From Mobula hypostoma (lineage: Eukaryota), in assembly GCF_963921235.1 (NCBI RefSeq), contig NC_086097.1:247196001-247260000 (forward strand): a DNA stretch of 64,000 nucleotides, written 5' to 3'. Numbering within the stretch: position 1 is the first letter of the stretch; each line of letters begins with the position of its first letter. Under the pieces are notes generated by a model. That model saw nothing but the letters and a program-made list of their open reading frames with translations, did no database searches and was not told the DNA's origin. The translations under genes were made by a program, and so were the position numbers. Below, in pieces: positions 1 to 11,537 of this stretch.

Positions 1-845
1 TACACAACTCTTTTGTCCATTCGTCCCTTCCCACTGATCTCCCTCCTGGCACTTATCCTTGCAAGCGGAACAAGTGCTACACCTGCCCCTACATCTCCTC
101 CCTCACTACCACCCAGGCCCCAAACAGTCCTTCCAGGTAAGGCGACCCTTCACGTGTGAGTCTGTTGGGGTCACATACTAAGTCTGGTGCTCCCAGTGTG
201 GTCGCCTGTATATTGGTGAGTCCCAACGTAGACTGGGAAACTGCTTCGCCGAGCTCCTATGCTTCTTCCACCAGGAATAGTTACATCTCCCAGTGGGCAC
301 CCATTTTAATTCCACTTCCAGATCCAATATGTGCATCCATGACCTCCTCTACTGTCGTGATGATGCCATGCTTAGGTTGGAGGAACACCTTATATTCTGT
401 CTGGGCAGCCTCAAACTTGCTGGCATGAACATTGATTTCTTGAACTTCTGGTAGTGCTCCCCCACTTCCCCATTCCCCGCCCCCTTCTTCCTCTCTCACT
501 ATATCTCCTTGCCTGCCCATTGCTTTCCTCTGGTGCGCCTCCTCCCTTTTCTTCCTTCCAGGGCCTTCTGTCCTCTTCAGTCAGATTCCCTCTTCTCCAG
601 CCCATTATCTCTTTCATTAATCAGCTTCCCCATCCCAGTTTCACCTATCACCTTGAGTTTCTCTCTTCCCTCTCCCCACCTTTTAAATCTACTCCTCGGC
701 TTTTTTTCTCCAGTCTTGCCGAAGGGTTTTGAACCGAAACGTCAACTGTTCTCTTTTCCATAGATGCTGCCTGGCCTGCTGAGTTCCTCCAGCATTTTGT
801 GTGTGTTGCCTTGGATTTCCAGCCCCTGCAGATTTTCTTTTGTTT
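1..845 (+). mobile_element. Penelope-like element 3' part (decayed GIY-YIG, pyrimidine-rich 3' UTR, degenerate hammerhead at ~712-747)
   Basis: Homologous to the GIY-YIG copy at 35382-36133; shares the tail gatgctgcctggcctgctgagttcctccagca. Confidence 0.85.
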
Positions 846-1089
846 GGGATTCTGCTCCTATGTCTTATGGTATTATGGTCTTATGGTCCAAGATTCATTA
901 TAACAGAGTGCTTACGGAACTTTAAAATCATTCTGTTAGCACAATGATATTTCAATGAAAAGACTGATTTCCATATGGTCCGAAGGATCAAGGATCAACT
1001 TTATTCATCATATACATTTATATGTGTTAGGAATTTGCTGTGATGTGTTGGTCAGGGAGTGACATGGAACAAAAATCAACAATCAACAC

Positions 1090-1285
1090 TAGAGATCCTG
1101 CAGATGCTGGAAACTCAGGGCAGCACGCACACTGAATGCTGGAGGAACTCAGCAGGTCAGGCAGCATCTATGCAGAAGTCAACATTTCATGAGACAACCC
1201 AATGAAGATTTTCCGCCTGAAGCGTCGACCGTTTATTCCTCTCTGTAGATGCTGCCGGAACTGCTGAGTTCCTGCAGCATTATGT
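1090..1285. mobile_element. Inverted pair of Penelope terminal segments
   Basis: ggaggaactcagcaggtcaggcagcatcta faces tagatgctgccggaactgctgagttcc across a decayed hammerhead region. Confidence 0.7.
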
Positions 1286-1589
1286 GAACATTCATTAATT
1301 ATAAAGAACTATGTAAGCAATAAAGTTAGAAGTTATACCAGCATGCATTTACAACATAATCAGTATTATTAAAAGTGGTTTAAAGTGTTTACAGTACAGT
1401 GCAGTGATGGGGGTAACAGATAGGGAGGGGGGGCATCCAATGCTGTTTACTTTTTCCCATTAAATTGGTCACATGGGTGTAATCGGGCTCTGCAGGCACA
1501 GTAGGCCGGAAAGGCCTGTTCCCGTGCTGTATCTCTAAGTAAAATAAAATAAAGACACACTAATTGTGGAATCTCAAGAAGCGACAATA

Positions 1590-2090
1590 CGAGGGGTGAT
1601 TAATAAGTTCGTGGCCTAAGGTAAAAGACGTCAATTTCAGAAAACCTAGCACATTTATTTTTCAACATAGTCCCCTCCTACATTTACACACTTAGTCCAG
1701 CGGTCGTGGAGCATACGGATCCCTTCTTTGTAGAAGTGGTCCACAGCAGGGGTGATTGATAAGTTTGTGGCCTAAGGTAGAAGGAGACGAGTTATTAACT
1801 TAAAAGTTTCTGCATTATCACTCAAAGAGTTGAACTGCACGCACATGTAACGAGAGCTGTATAACTCATCTCCTTCTACCTTAGGCCACAAACTTATCAA
1901 TCACCCCTGCTGTAGACCACTTACTGGAGGTCCAAGACGCCGACTTCTACAAAGAAGGGATCCGTATGCTCCATGACCGCTGGACTAAGTGTGTAAATGT
2001 AGGAGGGGACTATGTTGAAAAATAAATGTGCTAGGTTTTCTAAAATTGACACCTTCTACCTTAGGCCACAAACTTATCAATCACTCCTCA
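1590..2090. mobile_element. Non-autonomous mariner derivative, near-palindromic, TA-flanked
   Basis: TA|CGAGGGGTGATTAATAAGTT...AACTTATCAATCACTCCTCA|TA. Positions 1921-2025 encode a mariner transposase C-terminus (LLEVQDADFYKEGIRMLHDRWTKCVNVGGDYVEK*). Confidence 0.9.
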
Positions 2091-2403
2091 TATTTCTTTT
2101 CACTCTAAACATTTTTCACATACATAAGGTTTGGCAAAATGGACCTTTTTATTGATCTTTCTTCTTTTAATGATGGAATTGTATTGTTAAGATACTGCAC
2201 ATGGCAATGCTGGGAGGCATTGATTTCTTGGTTCTAATATCGGAGCCTTTGTTAATGGAGGAGCTGTAGAATTTTTAAAAAACAGACACAGAAGAAGATT
2301 GACAGTAAAGAGCAGTATTATGTGAACTCTACTGTAAATATAACTGTAGATAACATTAGAGTGAATGCTTTCAATAAAATGAGTTCACTGAGTCCAGAAA
2401 AAC

Positions 2404-2920
2404 TCTTACGTAGAGCCATAGAGAACTACAGCACAGAAATAACGCCCTTCAGCCCATCTAGCCTGTGCCAAACTATTATTCTGCCTACACAAAATGCTGG
2501 AGGAACTCAGTAGGTCAGGCAGCACCTATGGAAAAGAGTAAATAATTGACGTTTCGGGCTGAGAATCTTCCTCCAGCATTGTGAGTGTAGATTTTTAGCA
2601 CCTGTAGATTTTCTCATGTTTATTATTCTGCCTAGTCCTATTGACCTGCACCCGGACCACAGACCTCCACAGCACTCTCATCCATGTACCTATCGAAACT
2701 TCTCTGAACTGTTGAAATCAAACCCACATCCACCACTTCTGCTGGCAGCTCGTTCCACACTTGTACCACCCTCTGACTGAAGACGATCCCCCTCAAGCTC
2801 GATTTAAATAGTCTACCTTTCACCCTTAACCCATGACCTCTAGTTCTAGTCTCACCCACCCTCAGAGGAAGGAGCCCGCTTGCATCAATCCAATCTATAG
2901 CATCATAATTTTGTAAATGC
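2404..2920 (-). mobile_element. CR1 LINE 3' fragment containing an inverted Penelope insert (2488-2620)
   Basis: ORF 2638-2859 has the CR1 C-terminal motif TRTRGHGLRVKG...FSQRVV. The insert is flanked by a 14-bp duplication TATTATTCTGCCTA (2474-2487 and 2621-2634). Confidence 0.8.
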
Positions 2921-3278
2921 TCCTTTGGTCTTTTGGAATCTTCAGAGGGAAATAGATGGGTTAAATGAATGAAAATTTGGCAGTGTAGTTACAAAATGGG
3001 GAAGTGTGAGGTGATCTACTTTGGTAGAAAAAAACAGAAAAACAGGACAATATTTAATATTTAAATAGAAAAGCGAGTACAGAAATCTGTTGCACGGAGA
3101 GATCCATATGCCCATGAGAATGAAACACAGAAAGTTAGCTTGAGAATCAGAATCAGGTTAATTTCACTTAACATATGTTGTGAAATTCATTATTTTGCAG
3201 CACTAGTATATTTCAATAGAGTCCAATAGTCATAGAACATTACAGCACAGAAATAGGCCCTTCAGCCCATCTAGTCTG

Positions 3279-4745
3279 GACTCTGGAATCTGGCATGGTT
3301 CCAGAGGACTGGAAAATTGCAAATGTCACTCCACTCTTTAAGAAAGGAGGAAGGCAACAGAAAGGAAATTATAGACCAGTTAGCCTGACCTCAGTGGTTG
3401 AGAAAATGTTAGTCAATTGTTAAGGACGAGGTGATGGAGTAATTGGTGACACAGGACAAGATAGGACAAAGTCAGCATGGTTTCCTTCAGGGAAAATCCT
3501 GCCTGATGAACCTGTTGGAATTCTTTGAGGAGATTACATGTAGGATAGATAAAGGGAATGCAGTGGATGTTGTATATTTGGACTTTTAGAAGGTTCTTAA
3601 CAAGGTGCCACACATGAAGCTGCTTACCAAGTTAAGAGCCCATGGTATTACAGGAAAGTTACTAAGACGGTTACAGCATTGGCTGATTGGTAGGAAGCAG
3701 TATGTGACAATAAAAGGATCCTTGTCTGATTGGCTGCCAGTGACTAGTGGTGTTCTGCAGGGGTTTGTGTTGGGACCATTTCTTTTTATGTTGTAAATAA
3801 ATGATTTAGATGATGAAATAGATGGCTTTGTTGCCGAGTTTGCAGATGATATGAAGATTGGTGGAGGGCTAGATAGTGTTGAGGAAACAGGTAGGACGCA
3901 GAAGGACTTAGACAGATGAGGAGAATGGGCAAGAAAGTAGCAAATGAAATACAATGTTGGAAAATGCATGGTCATGCATTTTGGTAGCAGAAATAAATGT
4001 GCGGACTATTTTCTAAACGGGGAGAAAATCCAAAAATCTGAGATACAAAGGGACTAGGGAGTCCTTGTGAAGAACATCCTCAAGGTTAACTTGCAGGTTG
4101 AGTCTGTGCTGAGGAAGGCAAATGCAATGTTAGCATTCATTTCAAGAGGTCCAGAATAAAGAGCAGGGATGTGACGCTGGGCTTTATAAGGCATTGGTGA
4201 GCATTGTGAACAGTTTTGGGCTCCTCATCTTAGAAAAGTTGTGCTGGCATTGGAGAGGGTCAGAGGGGTTCATGAGGATGATTCCAGGAATGAAAGGGTT
4301 ATCATATGAGGAACGTTTGATGGCTCTGGGTCTGTACTCTCTGGAATTTAGAAGGATGAGGGGGATCTCATTGAAACCTTTTGTATGTTGAAAGGCCTAG
4401 ACAGAGTAGATGTGGAAAGGATGTTCCCCATGGTGGGAAAGTCAAGGAGAGGAGGGCACAGTCTCAGGATAGAGGGGCATCCTTTCAAAACAGAGATGCA
4501 GAGAGGTTTCTTTAGCCAAAGAGTGGTGAATTTGTGGAATTTGTTGCCACATGCAGCTGTGGAGGCCAGGTCATTGGGTATATTTAAGTCAGAGATTGAT
4601 AGGTTCTTGATTGGACATGGCATCAAAGGAGAAGGCCAGGAAATGGGGTTGAGGAGGGAAAAAAAAGGATCAGCCATGATTGAATGGTGGAGTGGACTCG
4701 ATGGATCAAATGGCCTAATTCTGCTCCTATGTCTTATGGTCTTAT
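3279..4745 (+). mobile_element. CR1 LINE, RT domain to 3' end, decayed
   Basis: NYRPVSLTS, VTSGV.QG.VLGP and FADD motifs broken by stops; tail tcttatggtcttat. Confidence 0.92.
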
Positions 4746-7700
4746 AATCCATAATAGGAGTGATCTGTACAAGAAGGACGGGTTCCACTTGAATCCAAAG
4801 GGGACTATTATCCTGGCAGGGAGGTTTGCTAAGGCTACTGGGGAGATTTTAAACTAGAATTGCTGGGGGGTGGGAACCAAACTGAAGAGACTGAGGAAGA
4901 GGCAGTAGGCTCACGTTTGAGAAAGCTTTGTAGACAGTGTGAGAGGGAGGATAGGCAGGTGATAGAGAAGGGATACATTCAGACTGATAGTTTGAGATGT
5001 GTCTATTTTAATGCAAGAAGTATCATGTACAAAGCGAATGATCTTAGAGCGTGGATCAATACTTGGAGCTATGATGTTGTGGCCCTAACAGAGACTTGAA
5101 TGGCTCAGGGGCAGGAATTGCTACTTAGAGTGCCAGGCTTTAGACGTTTCAGAAAGGACAGGGAGGGAGGCGAAAGAGGTGAGAGTGTGGCACTGCTGAT
5201 CAGAGATAGTGTCACGGCTGCAGAAGAGGAGGCAGTCATGGAGGGATTGTCTACTGAGTGGAAGTTAGGAAGAGCAAGGGGTCAATAACTCGACTGGGTA
5301 TTCTTTATAGACCACCCAATAGTAACAGGGACATTGAGAAGCAGATAGGGAGACAGATTCTGGAAAGATGCAATAATAACAGGGTTGTCATGGTGGGAGA
5401 TTTTAATTTCCATAATATTGATTGGCATCTCCCTAGAGCAAGGAGTTTAGATGGGGTGGAGTTCGTTAGGTGTGTTCAGGAAGGTTTCCTGACACAATAT
5501 GTAGATAAGCCTACAAGAGGGGAGGCTGTACTTGATCTGGTATTGAGAAATGAACCTGGTCAGGTGTCAGATCTCTCAGTGGGAGAGCATTTTGGAGATA
5601 GTGATCACAATTCTATCTCCTTCACCATAGCATTGGAGAGGGATAGGAACAGACAAGTCAGGAAAGCGTTTAATTGGAGTAAGGGGAAAAATGAAGCTAT
5701 CAGGCAGGAACTTGGAAGCATAAATTGGGAACAGATGTTCTCAGGGAAATATATGGCAGAAATGAGGTAAATGTTCAGGGGATATTTGTGTGGCATTCTG
5801 CAAAGGTATGTTCCAATGAAACAGGGAAAGGACGGTCGGGTACAGGAACCATGGTGTACAAAGGCTGTAGAAAATCTAGTGAAGAAGAAAAGGAAAGCTT
5901 ATGAAAGGTTCGAAAAACTAGGGACTGACTGAGATCTAGAAAATTATAAGGTTAGCAGGAAGGAGCTTAAGAATGGAACTAGGAGAACCAGAAGGGGCCA
6001 TGAGAAGGCCTTGGCGGACAGGATTAAGGAAAACCCCAAGGCATTCTACAAGTATGTGAAGAACATGAGGATAAGATGTGAGAGAATAGGACAAATCAAG
6101 TGGAGAGTTGAAAAGTGTGTATAGAACTGGAGGAGGTAGCAGAGGTACTTAATGAGTACCTTGCTTCAGTATTCACTATGGAAAAGGATCTTGGCGATTG
6201 TAGGGATGGCTTACAGTGGACTAAAACTCTTGAGCATGTAGACATTAAGAAAGAGGATGTGCTGGAGCATTTGGAAAGGGTGAAGTTGGATAAGTCACCG
6301 GGACTGAACAAAATATACTCCAGGCTACTGTGAGAGGCAAGGGAGGAGATTGCTGAGCCTCTGGCAATGATCTTTGCATCATCAATGCGGATGGGAGAAG
6401 TTCTGGAGTATTGGAGGGTTGCAGATGTTGTTCCCCTATTCAAGAAGGGAGCAGAGATAGCCCAGGAAATTATAGACCAGTGAGTCTTACTTCAGAGGTT
6501 GGTAAGTTGATGGAGAAGATCCTGAGAGGCAGGATTTATGAACATTTGGAGAGGCATAATATGATTAGGAATAGTCAGCATGGCTTTGTCAAAGATGTAG
6601 TGTATATGGATTTCAGCAAGGCATTTGATAAGGTACCCCATGCAAGACTTATTGAGAAAGTAAGGAGGCATGGGATCTAAGGGGACCCTGCTTTGTGGAT
6701 CCAGAATTGGCTTGCCCACAGAAGGCAAAGAGTGGTTGTATTCTGCTTGGAGGTCGGTGACCAGTGGTGTGCCTCAGGGATCTGTTCTGGAGCCCCTTCT
6801 CTCTCTTTGTTATGTTTATAAATGGCCTGGATGAGGAAGTGGAGGGATGGGTTAGTAAATTTTCTGATGACATAAAGGTTGGGGGTGTTGTGGATAGTGT
6901 GGAGGGTTGTCAGACATTACGGCGGGACATTGATAGGATGCATAACTGGATTGAGAGGTGGCAGATGGAGTTCAACCCAGATAAGTGTGAGATGGTTCAT
7001 TTTTGTGGGTCAAATATGATGGCAGAATATAGCATTAATGGTAAGGGCAGTGTGGAGGATCAGAGGGATCTTGGGGTCCGAGTCCATAGGATACTCAGAG
7101 CAGCTGCGCAGGTTGACTCTGTGGTTAAGAAGGCATACAGTACATTGGCCTTCATCAATTGTGGGATTGAGTTTAAGAGCCAAGAGGTAATGTTACAGCT
7201 ATATGGGACCCTGGTCAGACCCCACTTGGAGTACTATGCTCAGTTCTGGTCACCTCACTACAGGAAGGATGTGGAAGCCATAGAAAGGGTGCAGAGGAGA
7301 TTTACGGGGATCTTGCCTGGATTAGGGAGCACGCCTTATGAGAATAGGTTGAGTGAACTTGGCCTTTTCTCCTTGGAGCGACGGAGGATGAGCAGTGACC
7401 TTATAGAGGTGCATAAGATGATGAGAGGCATTGATCGTGTGGATGGTCAGAGGCTTTTTCCCAAGGATGAAATGGCTAACATGAGAGGGCATAGTTTTAA
7501 GGTGCTTGGCAGTAGGTACAGAGCAGATGTCAGGGGTATGTTTTTTTTTTACGCAGAGAGTGGTGAGTGCGTGGAATGGGCTGCCGGTGACGGTTGTGGA
7601 GGCAGATACAATAGGGTCTTTTAAGAGACTCTTGGATAGGTACATGGAGTTTAGAAAAATAGAGGGCTATGGGTAACCCCAGGTAATTTCTAAAGTAAGT

Positions 7701-7770
7701 ACATGTTTGTCACATCATTGTGAGACAAATGGTATGTATTGTACTGTAGGTTTTCTATGTTCTATGTTCT
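4746..7770 (+). mobile_element. CR1 LINE, nearly complete ORF2 (APE endonuclease + RT) plus ORF1 end, frameshifted
   Basis: ORFs 4860-7624 give YFNARSI, GDFNF, DLVL..SDH, FSDD and RPHLEY; the tail is (TTCTATG)n. Confidence 0.93.
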
Positions 7771-8240
7771 ACCTCTGATGCAACTTTCAAGGAATTATGG
7801 ATCTGTATGCCCAGATCCCTTTTGTCTACCACACCTCTCAGTGCCCTACCATTCACCATGTAAGACCTACCCTGGTTGGTGCTACCAAAGTGCAAAACCT
7901 CACACTTGTCTGCTTTAAATTCCATCTTCAATTTTCAGCCCATTTTCCCAGCTGGTCCAGATCGCCTTGCAGGCGTTGAAAGTTTTCCTCGCTGTCCCCC
8001 TTAACTAGGTGTTATCTACAAATTTGCTGATCAAGTTAACCATATTATCATTCAGCTCATCTATACATGGAAAATGACAAATAACAATGGGCCCAGCGCA
8101 GAGCCCCGCGGCACTGGTCACAGTCTTCCATTCAGAAAGGCAACCATCTTCTGCCACCCTCTGGCTTCTTCCACAAAGTCAATGTCTCATCCAATTGACA
8201 ACTTCATTTTGACCGCCAAGCCACTGAATCTTCTTGACCC
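7771..8240 (-). mobile_element. Decayed CR1 RT fragment
   Basis: Reverse-complement similarity to the CR1 RT regions at 12100-12540 and 46900-47400. Confidence 0.75.
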
Positions 8241-8244
8241 GCTC

Positions 8245-8390
8245 TTGATCTGCTCTGTCTGCCAGAGAAAGCAGCATCTCCCAGTGGCCACACATTTTCT
8301 TCCTACAGATGCTGCCTGGCCTGCGGCGTTCCACCAGCATTTTGTGTGTGTTGCTTGAATTTCTAGCCTCTGCAGATTTCCTCGTGTTTG
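8245..8390 (+). mobile_element. Internally deleted Penelope fragment
   Basis: SVCQRKQHLPVATHF joined directly to the Penelope tail ending gatttcctcgtgtttgc. Confidence 0.8.
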
Positions 8391-8597
8391 CACTTCTGTA
8401 GAATCAAAATCAGTTTGGAGTTCTGGTGATTGAAGTTATCCACGCCAGTTCAGAAGCATGATGGTTGTTCCAGAAATGAAACTACGGAGACTGAATCACT
8501 GAATATATTCAAAAGATAGGCAGATCAAAAGGGATTCTAGGGTTATGAAGAACAGGTAATATAGCAGAGGCGGGGCCCAGATCAGATCAGCCATGGT

Positions 8598-9410
8598 TTA
8601 AGATGGTGCTGGTGAACTTCAGCGACTTCTGGCTAATGAAACAAGGAAAACAACTAAATACTTTTCCAGCCACACTTTTTCTGGCAAACCATCATCGCAA
8701 GTAATAGTCCGTAACGTCCCTTTGGACTTGAAAGCGATTCGATGTGGCAGACTGATGCGAAGTGAGGAGGTGGGCCAGTCGCCAAGAGCGAGGAGAACCC
8801 GAGGTTTGATCGATTTAAGCACTGTGCTGAAGGCTGAATCGAGGCGGTGAGATATGGGGACCAGAGTGGACCAATTCCAATGTTTGGATGGAGACTTAAG
8901 CGCCATGCCGAATCTGAAGGTTCGGTCACAGGCTGAATCAAAGCAGCGGCGCCCAGGCACCAGAGCATACAGAACTCGATGTTTGAACAGAGATTTAAAT
9001 GCCTTGCCGAATCAGAAGTGTCGGTTGCAGGTCAAATCGAGGCGGCAGGCTCCAGGCCCCAGGCCCCAGGCCCCAGGCCCCAGACCATATTGAGGTGGCT
9101 GGACCCGAAGTGTGGAAGTTGATTTAGGCGCCCAGCCTGATTAAGAAGGTCAGCGTGGCAGGCCCGAGGCGAGGTGCAGACCGGTTCAGATCACTGATCC
9201 ACCAGGTTTACTTGGCTCTCTTGTGGACTTTGGTGCAGAAAGCTATTTGACTGTGTTTTGTTTTTCTCTACACATTGGGTGTTTGATGATCTTTTTTTAT
9301 ATGGGTTCTTTTGGGTTCCTTTGATTTGTGACTGCTTATTAAGAGCCAAATCTCAAGATCGTATAATGTATGCATACTTTGATAATAAATGTACTTTGAA
9401 TCTTTGATCT
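8598..9410 (+). mobile_element. Non-autonomous retroposon (SINE-like) with GC-rich internal tandem repeats
   Basis: 3' tail tactttgataataaatgtactttgaa is shared with elements at ~20540-20965, 22205-22515 and 59930-60090; the family is not identified. Confidence 0.6.
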
Positions 9411-9519
9411 TACTCATTGGTGGAGACATTTGGTCTCAACTTGCTCCTAGTCCTAATGTTCTTCAGCTCCAGATGGAATTCATTTATGATTTCAACAAAA
9501 ACTCTGGAAAATGCCCTAA

Positions 9520-9705
9520 ACCTGTAGTCTAGCGTAGTTTTTGTGTTGTATTACGTAGTTCTGTGTAGTTTTTGTATTGTTTCATGTAGCACCATGGTCC
9601 TGAAAAACATTGTCTCATTTTTACTGTGTACTGTACCAGCAGTTATGGTCGAAATGACAATAAGAAGTGACTTGACTTGACTTGATTTGACTTGACTTGA
9701 CTTGA
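9520..9705 (+). mobile_element. LINE 3' UTR (Rex/L2-like) ending in (GACTT)n
   Basis: AT-rich UTR, then aataagaag, then a pentanucleotide tail at 9669-9705. Confidence 0.55.
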
Positions 9706-10232
9706 AATGTTTCCCCAACTTGTCTGTTCCTATCCCTTTCCAATGCTACGGTAAAGGAGATAGAATTGTGATCACTACCTCCAAAATGCTCTCCCACTGA
9801 GAGACCTGACACCCGATCAGGTTCATTTCCCAATACCAGATCAAGTACAACCTCTCCTCTTGTAGGCTTATCTGCATATTGTGTCAAGAAACCTTCCTGA
9901 ACACACCTAACAAACTCCACCCTATCTAAACCCCTCACTCAAGGGAAATGCCAATCAATATTTGGGAAATTAAAATCTCTCACCACAACAACCCCGTTAT
10001 TATTACACCTTTCCAGAATCTGTCTCCCTTTCTGCTCCTCGATGTCCCTGTTACTATTGGGTGGTCTATAAAAAACACCTAGTGGAGTTATTGACCCTTT
10101 CTTGTTTCTAACCTCCACCCATAGAGACTCCGTAGACAGTCCCTCCATGTCTTCCTCCTTTTCTACAGCCATGACACCATCTCTGATCAACACAGCCACA
10201 CCCCCACCTCTTTTGCCTCCCTCCCTGTCCTT
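9706..10232 (-). mobile_element. CR1 endonuclease fragment
   Basis: ORFs 9621-10199 read GVFYRPPNS, DFNFPNIDW and DLVLGNEP..SDHNS. Confidence 0.9.
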
Positions 10233-10237
10233 TCAAT

Positions 10238-10650
10238 AGGTTCGGACTTTATTCCCTGCAGCATGGGAGAATGAGGGGAGAGTTTACAGAGGTCTACAAA
10301 ATTATGAGGGTATCGATAGGACAAATACAAGCAGCTTGTTCCACTGAGGATGGATAAGGCCAGAACTAGAGGTCACAGATTAAGAGTGAAAGGTGAAATG
10401 TTTCAGGGGAATATGAGGGGGAACTTCTTCGCTCAGGGTGGTGAGAGTGTGGAATGAGCTGCCGGCAGAAGTGTTGGATGCAGGTTTAATTTCAATATTT
10501 AAGAAAAATGTGGACAGGTACATGGATGGGCAGGGGATGGAGGGCCATGGTCCAGACGCATGTTGATGAGACTGGGCAACAATAACAGTTCGGACCAGAT
10601 TGGCTGAAGGACTTGTTTCTGAGCTTTAGGGCTCTATGACTCTATGACAC
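10238..10650 (+). mobile_element. CR1 3' fragment
   Basis: agaactagaggtcacag...gtgagagtgtggaatgagctgcc motif; tail ctatgactctatgac. Confidence 0.8.
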
Positions 10651-11537
10651 AAGAAGAACGGTACTGGCACGTGTTCTACAATTGGATCGCTGTTCACCAT
10701 CAGTCAAAATATACCCTATTTTTCCAATTGTACTGCTGAGATTCATGGCTTATCACAATGAGGATTATGGAAATCAACAAGGCATTATCCACCCTGCCTT
10801 ATTTAAGTGCAAAATACTATATAAGGCATTGGCATTTGAGATTTTATAAGCTCCTTTGTACCACCAAACCCTTATTTCACAAGCCAGGTTCAAAATAATC
10901 CTATTTCTTTTTATGTGCTTACTTCTTTAAGCCAGCTGTAGTCTTTGAAATTTACATAGTACTATGAGTCTAGCCAGCAAGACGATCTTGCCATAATGCA
11001 CAAATACGTAAAGTGACCAGTTTAAATAGTGATCTTTTTGACAGGATTGAATAAACAGAGTAATTCTCTGCACAGAAACTGCTGACAAGACAGTGGGGAG
11101 GGTCAGAGTAGTCAGGGGTTGCTGTGGTGAACTCCCTGAAACTCTGTCTGCACCAGCAATCGATGCAGCATATCGAGCAGGGCTACTTCAAACTATATGC
11201 TCAGTGCCCCCTACTGTGATTCCCCATAACACGGATCTCAAAATGCAGGAAAAGCACCTTCCCACTCTGAAGGAAGTGCATCAAGAACACAAAATGTTGA
11301 AAAGCTTGGAGTTGTTTTTTTAGGGACCATCAAAAGCAGAACGAATTAGGTCAATCAGATGAAGTTGGACTGCTGATGTGGGTGAAGATGAATGAGGCCG
11401 TTAGATATTAGGACAAAATAGTACAGCTGATGAAATGCCAGAACGGGAAGAACTCAGCAGGTCAGGCAGCAAGGATGGGGAGAGACAAGGAGTTAATATT
11501 TTGAAGCCTGTTGTTTAGTACTGAGGGGATGATGATA

